64,000 nucleotides of DNA from positions 114,638,001-114,702,000 of the forward strand of contig NC_043001.1 in assembly GCF_006345805.1 (NCBI RefSeq). Direction: 5' to 3'. The position numbers and the translations under genes were made by a program. Below the pieces are notes generated by a model. The model searched no databases, was not told where the DNA came from, and was given only the letters and a program-made list of their open reading frames with translations. Shown piece by piece: positions 1 through 13,281 of the stretch; the first letter of the stretch is position 1, and each line of letters opens with the position of its first letter. Origin of the DNA: Octopus sinensis. Taxonomy: Eukaryota.

Positions 1-374
1 TTGTTGTTGTTGTTGTTATTGTCGTTCTTGGTGACGGCGGTGGTGTTAGTAGTATTAGTAGCATTGACGGCACGGTCTTTGGTGGCGGTGATGGTGATGT
101 TGGTATTGTTATTGGTGGCGACGTCTTTAGTAGGGATAGCAGTTTTAGTAGCAGATTCTGCCATGGTGTTGTTGTCGGTGTTGGTGGTGGTGGTGGACTC
201 ACTGATGGTGTTGACGGTGCTTGGCCTTGCGACCTTTGTTTTGTATTTGTTGCTGTTGTCGATGTTGATGGTGGTGGAGTTGTCAGGTTCAGCGTAAGGT
301 AACAGAGCATCCTGTTTTTTCTGCTCTGCGTCACGGTTGACTTGCACCTCAGCCTCGTGGTGACCAGTGGCCAT
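1..374 (-). CDS. Partial coding exon of an unidentified host gene (Thr/Asn-rich low-complexity N-terminus), open off the window edge
   Basis: Manual translation from ATG at 374 (context ccaaaATGG) gives 124 stop-free codons: MATGHHEAEVQVNRDAEQKKQDALLPYAEPDNSTTINIDNSNKYKTKVARPSTVNTISESTTTTNTDNNTMAESATKTAIPTK...KNDNNNNNN. There is an in-frame upstream stop near 470 and an acceptor-like tttcatttag ending at 391. The + strand ORF 1..297 is its antisense shadow. Confidence 0.6.
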   Translation of the reverse strand, partial: MATGHHEAEVQVNRDAEQKKQDALLPYAEPDNSTTINIDNSNKYKTKVARPSTVNTISESTTTTNTDNNTMAESATKTAIPTKDVATNNNTNITITATKDRAVNATNTTNTTAVTKNDNNNNNN

Positions 375-588
375 TTTGGAAATAAAATGGCTAAATGAAA
401 CCACGAAGGCTATGAGAATTTTTTCTTTTAAATTTTGCCCACAAGGGGCAAAATTTTGTGTAGATATTTATCAAAGGTTTACAGTGGATGTTGTTGCACA
501 ACTTTTAACACAAAATATTTCACAATAATAATTTTCAACGTACAAAATGACCAACTTACGTGGAGCCCATTTGACTAGCGTCCGTCCA

Positions 589-601
589 TAGATAGATAGA
601 T

Positions 602-657
<56 letters not shown>

Positions 658-715
658 CATTCATACATACATACATACATGCAGACATACATACATGCAG
701 ACATACACATACACG
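589..715. repeat. (TAGA)n/(TACA)n compound microsatellite
   Basis: Direct reading. Confidence 0.95.
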
Positions 716-1521
716 TCTATATGCTTCTCTGATTGCCTGCTTGCACACGTATATGCATACATGTTATTTGTTTGGATATAACAATATTAGGCTTTAGTAT
801 TTTACAAATTAGTGAATTACCAGCTGCTATAAGATGTATATTCACCGAGAACACAATAAGAAAGGCTGACGATATACAGGTCATGCCTCATGGTATTAGC
901 TAGTTGAGCGATTTACTGTTATAAGCTTGCCTACGACATCCTTTCAATCGTTGAACAAAATCAAACAGTATCTCATATGAACTCAATTCGGCGTGAAATG
1001 TGTTGGTTAGCCTTGTTAAATTGCATGAGCGTTTGGAGGTTTTCGTTTGTTATTTATTTTTTAAATTTAATTTAATTTAATTTATTTTGTATGTACATAT
1101 TTACTGTATGTTGTGAAAAATGAATTTCTTAACAAAAGATAAGGGTTGGGTTATTTAATCTTTTAATAGCTTCATTAGAAGCGTAATAGGAGTGAGCCAC
1201 TTCTTTTCCAGGGCATTCGGAACGGATGGACACACTCTGTAAACTCAGATGATATATTAACCAAAAAACGTCAAGTAAAACAATATGCGTTCGTTATTCC
1301 AGTAAGAATTTATCCTAATATAATGTCTCAACTTTTGTATCTAAAACTTAGCCAATAACACGCCACAAAGCAATACGGCATCTTTATTCGGGTAATAATC
1401 TTATATTCTAATAAAATTTCGACCCATATATTTGTATCTGAAACTAAGTAACATATTTTAACTCAGCATAGAAAGTCAGAATGGACTAAACAGAACAGGA
1501 GGATACACGTGGCATAGAAAA

Positions 1522-1565
1522 GTCCCCAAAGAGGTCACCGATGTGTGACGAAAGATTTTCCGACA
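1522..1565 (+). ncRNA. Decayed hammerhead relic
   Basis: CCAAAGA-G-GTCAC-cgatgt-GTGAC-GAAA-GATTTT. Helix II matches the 34306 motif, but the core has two mismatches to CUGAAGA. Confidence 0.35.
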
Positions 1566-3024
1566 ATGGACATAAGATAAAATAAGAAGAATATTAAACG
1601 AGTGAAGAACGACTATGTATTTTATCTCCTTTTGTCATTTTTTCCCTCGAATATATAGTTACCTGTCAATTTTTCCTTTTCATTTTCATTATTAAACTCC
1701 ACGCATTACAAATGTATACAATAGGCCTTACAGAGCAATACTTGATACACCTTTCGTATAATCAGAAAATTCAATTCTGTCATTGCTACCAGAAACGCAT
1801 TAACGCACTTTCACAATATATTTGGAAATCGAAAGATGTGAGAAACTTCACAAGCATACCACAGGCAATTTTAGGTGAAGCACACAAATTCAGAAACGAA
1901 TCAAAGACGCTTCATATTATTCCCCATATATATGTATTCCTCTTTCAAAATGCGAACCAAGGACGTTTGGGCAAGAAGGCGGGCAAAATCCTTATTACTG
2001 AATGAACGAAGAAACACACCAGTCAAGAAAGATCAATCCCATACAACCACGTTCTCGAGAATCCTACGAATCGCAACCTGATTGGTTGTTTTTCAAAACT
2101 TATTCCATTAATTCTTTTATTTAGATCTCTCGTATGATTCCCATACGCTGCTTCGTAACATGTTTGCTTTGATTATTCATTCCTTACAAATATTTCGCCT
2201 AGAATCTCTATATGTTCCTTGACCATCCAGTTCTGTCCGTGTTCTCTTGTACTGCATCAAACACATTTCCAATTTGGTCTCCAATTCTATTTTCCGCTAA
2301 AAGCTTTTGATTGAGCTGCACGAACAGCAAAGCAGATTCCGTAAAATAGGCCAGCAGGTTTTTTACAAATTAAAACGTCTGTACCAGTTATGTTACAAAC
2401 AGCTGGAGATTTGTAGTAGCAACACGTTACAACTTAATTCATGTAAAGCGTAGGGGTACCTGCTGGTGCAGTGTCCATTCTGTCCATTGAAAATCAATAC
2501 TTCATACTCTTTTAGAAGCCACAAAATCCCTAGCTATCATGCTGGTAATATTATACATATATCTTCAATTCGGAACCTCTGTTGGCAATGGCGGTTAGCT
2601 CAATTTTCAATGTTTTCAATCAAAAAGCTCAATTAGCATCATTTATGAGAATGTCTTACATAGTCACAAATTCCTGAATTCCTACTGTCTAGTGGTTGGA
2701 ATTATCTTTCCTCCCAATTCAAAGTGAAATCTTTGATATGGTCACCCAGTTTTGGAGAAACTGCGATTTATGTGGGTTGGTCTTTGGTGCGCTATCCTAA
2801 TTAGCAGCATAGTTCATTAAACAATAAAACAAAGGATATTACTTATTTCCTTGTTTCTGCTACTGTGGTACTATCACGCAAAAACGCACACAGTTGTTAC
2901 AGTCTTCCCGCCTTCAGAATTTCCTGTACAAATGTAAAGCAAAAATAGAGATGATGAAAATATCGTGTTTCGAGTAGAAAATTTAGAAATAGCGTTTCGT
3001 GCAGTTGACAATATATAAATTTAT

Positions 3025-3056
<32 letters not shown>

Positions 3057-3989
3057 CGCGCGCACACACACACAAAGAGAGAGAAACATATACGTATGTG
3101 TGTTTGTATGTGTGTGTGTGTGCGTGCGTATGTGTGTTTGTGTGTGCGTGTGTGTATGTGACTGTGTCGGTGTAGCAGCTGCAAAATTTTAAACCCGTTG
3201 ACTAGTAGCTTCTGCAACGTCGCACATAACGTTACATTAACTGCTAAATCTACCGCGAATCACACCTCATCGTCTCAAAAAGTGAAAGAAAGCATCGATG
3301 AATGTAGTTCTTGCTGCACTATAAATTTATTAAGAGATATGAAATATCATGTTCACACTGGAACACTTCTGATCAAAAGTTCTGTCGATCAGGGCTGATG
3401 TTGGGATAAACAGTATCTACATCACCAACTGTGAAATTTGTCAATAAATACATTCCTTAGAATGTAATATAGTAAGATGAAATATTACAACTTTGTAGTT
3501 TCTTTTTAGGTGTCATTCGTAATCGAGTATGACTTATTAGCAGGAAATAATTAATCTATCAAGTTTTATAAATTCTTTACTATTTATTTTATTTTTGTTT
3601 TCAAAAATAGTGACAAAACTTCATCAACGATATTTTATCTTCCGTTGGATTTTAGACGAAATACGCAAGCACTACACAAGCCTGACCGCCCTTACTGTCG
3701 AATACCGCTCGCAAACCTGATCCAAAGGAATGTGCTTTAGCTTTAAATCTATTTGTTGCTTCATCTAATTTGTCTCTGCAACAGTTTTCAACAATAATTT
3801 ATTAAAACCATTATTCAACTTTAGACGATTCACGTAGATTTGATTAAAGAAATGCTACCCAAGAAGTATGCCCATATTTGTCATCTTCAGTTCTAAGGAC
3901 AGTAGATCAAAAGGTAAGATTAGTTGCACACCTAAAGCTGACCAAAACACTATAAAAAAAACAAACAAATTAGCTACATTGCAACTGGT

Positions 3990-4350
3990 GTGCTCCACAT
4001 TATCTTGTAAAATTTATAAGGGTCCCCAACGGCATAAGCTTTCGCAGACTTATCTTTGTTATTCTAAGTGTGTCCAGTAGTATACTTGGTAACTTAGAAG
4101 CACATTTCATTAGGCACACAGACGCAAGTGAAACGATAAAGTATCCACAGCGTGTCTTAGTTCCACCACTTGTCTTCAGACTAGGGAGGCCAGAGTGTAT
4201 CCATATTCCCGTGGTATATAAACGATTGAGTGTACAATACTTTCTGGTCTGTTGGACAGTGCATCGCAGTGTCAGAACCTCCAGCCTGTCGCCAGTATTT
4301 TTGTACAGTGAGTGACTGCAACAATTGCAAATGAAGTATTTGGGCATGAA
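3990..4350 (-). mobile_element. Possible highly decayed Tc1-like transposase C-terminus
   Basis: A minus frame reads LWPP*SED...DTLW, resembling WPPQSPDLNPIENLW. Multiple stops; weak. Confidence 0.25.
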
Positions 4351-4559
4351 TATAACGCGCTGCCCTGTCTGGAAAACGACACCGTCACCTCAACCTTATA
4401 TTGCATGAATTATTAAGCACGTACAAAAAGTATATTTTTACTGAAAGAAAATCAAAATCCAGAGCTGAATAGTGCAGCCTTGCACATGTTTACGTAAGCG
4501 CGAATATTTGGGCATTTTAGGCATTGCTATTTTAAAACAACAGTATACTAAGACGGTAA

Positions 4560-5100
4560 ATAAGAATATACAAATAAATACTTGAAATGTAATTTATTAT
4601 CGCGTCGCGGATAAGTAAAATCACAAAAATCACTAGAAAAACTATCTTTATTCAGTGTGGAAGTGGTTGAAACAGTTTGGCTTCGCGGTAAAACAAATGA
4701 TAACATTACATTTCCCACAGATAGCGCTTGTAATGCGCTCACAACCAGAATACTTGCAGTTGTTCTTCTTGCTAGCTTCCATGTACTGGAGCCAGTGATG
4801 TATATCATCTATGCGGATTGACCTGTTCGGCACTGTAGTTGTCGGTCTTTGGAACTTTTGGTCAGTATTTGCCTTTCCACTTCGCTACGTGATAGCTGTT
4901 CTCTTTTAACTATCATAGATTTACCTGATCAGCGTGAAGCCTTTAGGTGGTCATTCATCATACTTGAACAAATAGAAGTTAAATATTCATCATAGCATTC
5001 CTTGTCGTCCTTCAAAATGAGAACAACTTATTTTATAACGTAGTCTGGATAGATTTTATATGGGAAAAAGACATGGGTAAACATGGCGGAATGCTTTAGT
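4560..5100 (-). mobile_element. piggyBac transposase relic, C-terminal cysteine-rich domain
   Basis: 4648..4833 reads RIDDIHHW...CKYSGC..TSAICGKCNVIICF....NCFNHFHTE, the piggyBac/PGBD C-terminal Cys-rich pattern. The upstream frame is broken by stops and no TIRs were identified. Confidence 0.8.
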
Positions 5101-5505
5101 CCTGGGTTTAACGAAATGGTTATGAACTAGGGCTCAAAATACGTTTAGGAATGCGAAGGAAGAGGAAAAGTTTAGGGATTGAGGCGGTAAAAGACGAGAA
5201 GACGAACGAAGAAATATAAGGCAGGAGAATCAAAGATGGAGAAATATAAGTGTAGGATAATAAGGCAGAAATATAAGAGCACGAAAACAAGAAGATGATA
5301 AGTTTGTGAGCTGCCAAAATCGTTAGCATACCGGATAAAATGCTTAGCTACATCTCACTTGTCTTTAAGTTCGCTACTGTGGCAATAAAATAAACACAAT
5401 TTGAGCACTGAGGTCAATATATACAACTGGGTCCCTTCCATCCGATATTCAGACCTTATGCCTATAGTAAAAATAATTATTACAGAAAAATGATGATAAA
5501 ATTGA

Positions 5506-5624
5506 ATGACTGATAATGGTGGTGGTCGTGATGATGATGATGATGATGATGGTGGTGATGGTGGTGGTGGTGATGATGATGATGATGGTGGTGGTGGTGA
5601 TGATGATGATGATGATGGTGGTGG

Positions 5625-5659
<35 letters not shown>

Positions 5660-6300
5660 GTGATGGTGATGGTGGTGGTGATGATGATGATGGTGATGAT
5701 GATGATAATGATGATGATGATGATGGTGATGGTGATGGTGATGACGATGATGATGATGGTGGTGATGGTGGTGATGGTAGTGATGGTGGTGATGATGGAG
5801 GTGATGGTGGTGATGGTGGTGATGGTGGTGATGATGGAGGTGATGATGGTGATGGTGATGGTGATGGTGGGGGTGGTGATGGTAATGATTATAATGATGA
5901 TGATGATGATGATGATACGACGACGGTGTGGCGGCGGCGGTGGAGGAGGTGGTGCTGGTGGTGGAGATGATGATGATGATGATGAGGAGGAGGAGGAGGA
6001 GGAGGAGGGGGAGGATAAATCGTCGTTGCGTTAGTAATATACATAATATTGACGAAACTCTTGACAATGATAACCACATCATCATCATAATCGTTACCGT
6101 CGTCTTCCTTATCGTCGTAGTTGTGGCGTAGCTCACACTGATTATAATGACGATTGTGAGGAAGGGTATCTTAACAAATAAGATAACGATGTGGATTACA
6201 GTGGCTATAAACTGGATGCTGAGGCGGGGAGGGGGGGTCGGAGATTGCGACGACGAGAAGGATGATGTTGATGATCATAATATTGATGAGGTAAATTATA
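5506..6300. repeat. (GAT/GGT)n and (GAG)n trinucleotide tract
   Basis: Direct reading; source of the poly-His/Asp/Gly/Met ORFs. Confidence 0.95.
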
Positions 6301-6385
6301 ATGATAAACGTTAATGATTACGATGATTTGATTAGGGAGGCGAGGATGAAGAATACGTACGTACATCGTGGATGCCAAAGCAGTA

Positions 6386-6387
<2 letters not shown>

Positions 6388-6447
<60 letters not shown>

Positions 6448-6471
6448 CATACATACATACATACACATATA

Positions 6472-6508
<37 letters not shown>

Positions 6509-6568
6509 GTATACATATATACATATATATATACACATATATACATATATGTATATATACATATATAC

Positions 6569-6623
<55 letters not shown>

Positions 6624-7282
6624 TATATACATATATATATATAGACAGATAGATAGATTGATAGACAGAGAGAGAGATACATATACACACACGCACACAC
6701 GCAAGTGCACACACATATATATACATACATCATTTGGCAGCTGGAATGAAGCCGTAAGCATTGTGTTTGTATAGAATGAGGCAGAGTCAAACATGTTGAC
6801 GTGAGTGTTTCATAGTTTAGCTTCCACATTTGCTATGACTTTAATGTTGCTTTATTTCACCTAACTGTAATTTAAACATATGATTTCACATAAATAACTA
6901 TTTTCACTTGGCACATTATATATTAGTCGATGAGTTTATAGCTTCGCAATGCCATTAACACGACAGCAGGAAACATTCGAAATAACGTACCTATCACTTC
7001 ATCTGTACATCCCTCTTGCCTCCCCGTTTAACTCTCACTATATATCTATATATCTGTCTACCTATTTAATTATCTACCGGGCTCTGTCCTTCTATCCACA
7101 CACACACAGACATATACAATCACGATGCAGTGTTCTCTCTCTCTCTCCCTTTTTCTATCTCTGTTGCTCTTTCTCTCTCATTCTCTGTCTCTCTATTTAT
7201 GCTCCTCTTCTTAAAATACGACAAAATGTACCCTCTCATACATTGTATACGTGTATATAAGAATGTATATATATATATATAT

Positions 7283-7381
<99 letters not shown>

Positions 7382-7674
7382 TCTATATAGGGTATATTTC
7401 TGAGTGTATATATGTATGTATATAAATACATACATACAGATATACATATACATATATATATTAATAGATATATACATATACACGTGTATATATACATGTA
7501 TATAAATGCGTACAAATGTATGCACGTATATATATATATTGCGATATATATGGATATATATGCATGTACCCAGAAATATATATATAAAGACACATACGTT
7601 TGTCGGTCAGCCTGTCTGTCTGCATGCATGTATGTATGTATGTATGTATGTATGTATGTATGTATGTATGTATG

Positions 7675-7705
<31 letters not shown>
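6388..7705. repeat. (TA)n/(TACA)n/(TATG)n microsatellite blocks
   Basis: Direct reading (6388-6730, 7261-7705). Confidence 0.9.
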
Positions 7706-7937
7706 CCTTCTCTTCCTTGTATGACCATGGGATTTTAATCATAAACTGCGCAAGTTATATTACTGAAATATTAATGTGTATGCCTGATCCAATAATATAT
7801 TTATATATACGGAAATATAACTGAAATAACATTTGGTGTTACTATCAGTTGATCAATATACACGTATTTATTTACACTTTTGTAAAAGTTTAACGCGTGT
7901 ATATGCTTGTGTATGCTTATAGGTATTATCATTAATT

Positions 7938-7969
<32 letters not shown>

Positions 7970-7984
7970 ATATATAAGAAAAGG

Positions 7985-8570
7985 TAACATAAGAAATCTT
8001 CTAACAGTGCAGAAAGATTTACAAAAACCTTTATATTTCAGGCAGAAAGGCCCATCATCAGAAGAAAGCAGTGCGTGAAATGTCCAGTTGCACCGACTGC
8101 GTTACCTTAATCAAACTCCTAGACGTTAGGTTAGCAGCAGTGGCTGCCACTCTACAACTCTTGGTGTAAGCAACTTTCCAACTGTTGGTTGATGCGACGT
8201 ATGGTCACGTAGTAATAGTGTCGGTGGCGTATGTTATGCTACTCTTTGCAGTCGCTGTGATGTGATACATAGGAACTCAACTACGACAGACTGTTGCTTT
8301 TTGAGTTGAAGCAGTGGATCAATATAGTTTGTTTTATATGTAGATTTCCACTGTTCCTCTTCGAGACCATTATGGAAACATGTATCTCTTTGGCGGTGTT
8401 GCTGCATCTGGTCAGCTGATTGCGGAAGGAAACGGCGTTGATAATGAGGTGCTCCTTCAATGAGACGTGTAATGATCGTACTGTGCTACCGGTGTAACAA
8501 TTCTTACATTTTGAGCTCGTATCTGATATACTATGTACATACGTAAGCACATGTAAGTGTTACGAATGGA
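7985..8570 (-). mobile_element. Penelope-like element relic: GIY-YIG endonuclease plus 3' end
   Basis: 8281..8550 reads SKCKNCYTGSTVRSLHVSLKEH..., matching the PLE CxxCxxYIGxTxRxLxxRxxEH pattern. The 3' UTR carries a hammerhead motif and ends in (TA)n. Confidence 0.7.
8028..8065 (-). ncRNA. Minimal type-I hammerhead ribozyme, closest to canonical in the window
   Basis: TCTT-CTGATGA-T-GGGC-ctttct-GCCT-GAAA-TAT-A-AAGG: intact core, 4-bp helix II with G-U closing pair, palindromic ATAT helix III, UA cleavage site, 4-bp helix I. Confidence 0.7.
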
Positions 8571-9399
8571 ACTGTTCCCTAGTGTGGAGGGCTGTTGTTC
8601 TGCATGTGACCATTGATAGGTATTTACTTAGGAACGGTCCTGAATGCACTAGTAGAATGTGGAGTACTTCCCAACACTATAAACAACATACTCGTACCCA
8701 AATGCTCACGCTCACCAGGTTTACGAAATTTCTTAAACTTCCTACGTCGCTTTTGCACCAGCGAACTTCTCCCGCATCACTTCACTCAGCGTCACACATG
8801 CATACTGCACCGCTCGCAGCAACGTTTGACGCTGAATGGTACTAATAACTTCCTAATACACAGGGTCGCTACCTTTCTAGACAATTGCTGATTTCTACCG
8901 CAGATGTGTTAAGAAGAAAGGAAACACCCGAAAAGAACATTCCTCTGGCTCTGTCACAAGCGACACCGCAACACCCCCCGATGTGCACCATGGAGCAGCA
9001 ATATCACTACCGACCTGAATACCCCCGCTGACACCAACCCGCAGGCCAGCAACACCACTCCCATAGTCACGGACTTCACAGAATCCCTACTGAATCCCTA
9101 CTGACCTTTCCTTTCTTACTGCAGTCGATCTGATCACGGAATATGTCGCCTCTTCGGGCTTTGCTCCTCCGACGTCCACCAAATGCTGTCTGTTTTAGTT
9201 ATCAACACGCACTTCGATTTCCTTGGCAACACATATAAACAGCGTTCACGTCCGCTTATGGTGGCCAGCCTCTCAGGCCTTCTCCCATTGCCTACTTAGA
9301 CCGGTTGAGCGATGGACAATCAGTATCTACCATCCATACGCCTTTTTTTTCACCAGATATGTGTATGGCATCCTCATGCTCACTCTTCCACATGAGGAC

Positions 9400-9670
9400 G
9401 CCTCTACTATACAAGAGAATTTCAAGAAAATGGAGCAATCGTGAATTTTCACAACCAGCTACGATGTTCTGATATCCCTCATATAGCCAATCCTCTCATC
9501 GTCTCTCATCTCTTCTCAATCATCATGGAACCTCTTGTGCTAGCGTGAAACAGATACTCGCCTCAAACAAGTTAATCCATTAACCTGGCGCATTTCATAA
9601 GTTCCTGTAAAGTTTTTGCCCAGTTTAACACTGCTTTCGCCGCCCGACTAGTCAGTTATAACAAGCAGGT
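9400..9670 (-). mobile_element. mariner transposase N-terminal relic
   Basis: Decayed minus frames resemble TYEML...VSRWHKRF..GRE...DDER of the mariner HTH region. Confidence 0.45.
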
Positions 9671-12107
9671 GCGTGCAAAGTCCTGCATAGCCATCACCCT
9701 TGAACATGGAATAACAAATGTTGACAGGTCAGTTTATTACATATAGTAATGTCATACTAAAATTACAATAATTTAGAATAGTTACAACTACCTCCCCTAA
9801 GAATTTCAAAATTTTTGGAATGCGCCACACATATATCATTTTTATCGTTATTCATATTAAATCTCTAATTTCCCACCTTCTTTAGTCATAGTGTTTACGT
9901 ACTTTGCCAATAATTTCTTAAAGTTCCTTAAATTCATTTTTTTTATAACAGAAGGAAAATAACTCATGTCTTTCAAGGATCATACAAATTTAATGAATTC
10001 TATATTTTACAACACTTTAAGTTCAGCGTGATAAAGCATTCTCTGTCAAATGTAATACACAGGTGGCATGTATATTTTAGAGACTAGTTATATTTATCGT
10101 TTAGCGATTGGTAAGAATGTGCCGCGAAAGAAACTCTTATTCTAAGGAACTGTATCATTCTAAACGTATATTTCGTTGCAACGTACTTAATATGAACTCT
10201 ATTTCACACGTTTAAATACCTATAAAATAAAAAAAATACTGTTATCATTACATATACATCTGTATATAAATATATCGATAATATATGCATATATATAGAG
10301 AGAGATATACAAACATATATATATAGTAGAAACTCGGTTTTCGAACAACTCTGATAACGAAAAAATTGTGACTTATATCTATCTCTCTCTCTCTTTCTCA
10401 ATCTATCTATCTATATATCTTTATGTATATATATGTGTGTGTGTGTGTGTTTGTATGTGTGTGTATGTATATATACATATGTATATATATATATACACAT
10501 CCATACGTGCATATAGGTATATATGCATATGTATAAATATGTGTGAATCTTTTGAATATGTATGTGCATATTTCAAAACCGTTAACGTTATATGAATTAT
10601 CGTTCACTCTCTGTCAATACATATATATATGTGTGTATGTGTCTGCATATCAGAGAGAGAGAGAAAGTGTTCGTGTGTATGTATCTGTATATATAATTAT
10701 GTGCGTATACATATATATATGCATGTATGTAGGTAGGTATGTTTGTATGTATGTATACATGTTTCTATGTGTGTATTTATTTCTGTATCCCTATACAAGT
10801 ATTTTCTACATATGTTCGTGTAAACACATTTTTAATTTGATTTGTTTATTTATTTTAATTTAATATCTGCTGCATTATAGCTATCCGCCATTTACGAATA
10901 TACACTTGTAAAAAACATCGAGAAAAATTATATAAATAATTAATTTTTTCCCATGAAATCTTCCATATTAGTCATTCTAAGATATAAATAAAAAAAAGCA
11001 AGCAAATAACAAATATAAACAATGACAATAGAAGCGAATACGACAATAGAATCAGTATTAAAATATCACCAAATACGAAAGTATACGGAAACTGCATCCA
11101 CCGCCGCCATCTTCCCCTGCTGTCACTATTATCGCCTGCAGCTCTACAGAGACAACAACTATAATAAGAACAAGAAAAATCAAATCATCACAAAAGAAAC
11201 TAAGAAACGGTTTTTAATAATTTTTACATACCACCACCGACACCAGTATATTTATCACTATTACTACCATCCTACTCCAAGAAAGGTAAAGCATTATTAC
11301 TCGGAATACCATGAGCACAATCTGGAGAAACTACAAAAACAATGTAAAACGCAACTGTAATAATCAATCAGAAAATACATATACAAAAAGACACACACAA
11401 ACACACAGATATGTATATATATGGAAAACAAAATACAAACATTTACAAATACATCATTAATTCTACGCATGCGCGTTTAGATATTCTAAACAATTGTTTA
11501 GTCTCTTATGTTGGACCAAAAAAAAAAAATAACACAAGATAATGTCTATGTTTAAGTTTATATTTTAATGATTGAAATAGAAAAAGGAAAAAAGTGTATT
11601 ACTCGAGGAAGTCAAATATTAAAAAAAAATTATAAATTGAATGCAAACACAAGAAAATGAAACAAAAATGACATAAAAACAAGGACAAAGCAGTGTACAA
11701 GAATTGATCGACGGTCCTTTATCTTTAGAAGCACAGCTGTTTATTCACTGCCTATCATTTATTTTTATTTAGTGTAATTATTGCTTCATGGTCCTCGTCT
11801 TCTTTTCGTCTTTGCTTCGAATAAAGTAGGCTGGATGCTATTATAAATATACTGAATGTATATATAATTTTATATATATATATATATATTTTTTTTTCTT
11901 TCCGAAAATCTTCGTTTTACAGAAAGAGAACAATACGTTTCAGTAAGCGATATTTGCCAGAAATGGGCATGAAAATTGTTTTTTAAGAAAATCAAATTAA
12001 TCACATACAGCAACAACTGCAAAAATAAAACAAAAAAATCAAAAATCAAATGCAAATACAATTATAATGAGGCACACATGCACACACTTATACACATTCT
12101 TAAACTC

Positions 12108-12138
<31 letters not shown>

Positions 12139-12433
12139 TGTATATATCTGTATATATATATATATATGTATATATATGTATATGTATATATATGTATATA
12201 TATGTATATATGTATATATATATATATGTGTGTGTGTGTGTATAAGACTGAGAGAGAGTGAGAGAACATATCTTAAATATAAATATTATTACAAATTCAC
12301 AGATTTATATCTATATTCAGATATGTGTGGGTGTGTATGTATGTATGTGTGTATGCATGTATGTATGTATTTATGCATGGGTATATCTAGTCATAAATAA
12401 ATTTTTCTCAGTGTATATACTTATATGCCAGCT

Positions 12434-12464
<31 letters not shown>

Positions 12465-13206
12465 CTAAGCATCGATATATAATGAGAGATAGCTAACTAG
12501 ATAGATAGATAAAGAGAGAGAGAGAGAGAGAGAGGAGGGAGGGAGGTGAGCCTGCTTTCACAAAATCATAAATATACATACATATTTAGAAGCATGCATT
12601 CATGCACAAATACATATATTGCTGTGTGTCTGAGTGTACATATAACTACACTATTACATATAGTGAACACAAAAGTAACATAAAAAATAAGAACATATTC
12701 CCATTCTCACAAACATGTTATTAAATACCTTTAGGTTTGAACGCTCGTTCTTCAGTAATGTATTTCTGTATATGACAGCCTCTTTCGGCATTGCGTAGGG
12801 TTTCACCCAATTAATTATTTCAAATACAAAAATCAATATATTGGTTTCATATAGCTCTTTTCATTTTCGCATTATGGCAGGAACTCCTGGGGTCTTCTTC
12901 ACCATTCAAAATCCATGGCAATCTATGTCGAAACTAATTAATATTTTTGGATGGAGGAGCTACATAGCATAAGGCTGCTGGATGAATATAAATAAATCAA
13001 TTTGTCAGTCTATATTCATTGAATACCTTAAAACATCCATAGATACATAAATCTATATGTATATATGTGTTAGTGAGTGTGTGTGTGTGTGTTTGTATGT
13101 ATACATGTTTGTGTGTGTGTATATGCATATATATATATATATATATATATATACGGGCATGCATATATGTGTATATATATACATACATGTATATATGTAT
13201 ATATAG

Positions 13207-13281
<75 letters not shown>

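Noticed and set aside
1-297. Plus-strand hydrophobic Leu/Val ORF
   Set aside because: Antisense shadow of the Thr/Asn-rich minus-strand frame
1970-2095. GC-box (ggcggg) plus CCAAT (tgattgg) as promoter of the left-edge gene
   Set aside because: Short motifs expected by chance; no TSS evidence
5480-6136. Poly-His, poly-Asp/Gly and poly-Met ORFs
   Set aside because: Open in several frames and on both strands; trinucleotide-repeat artefact
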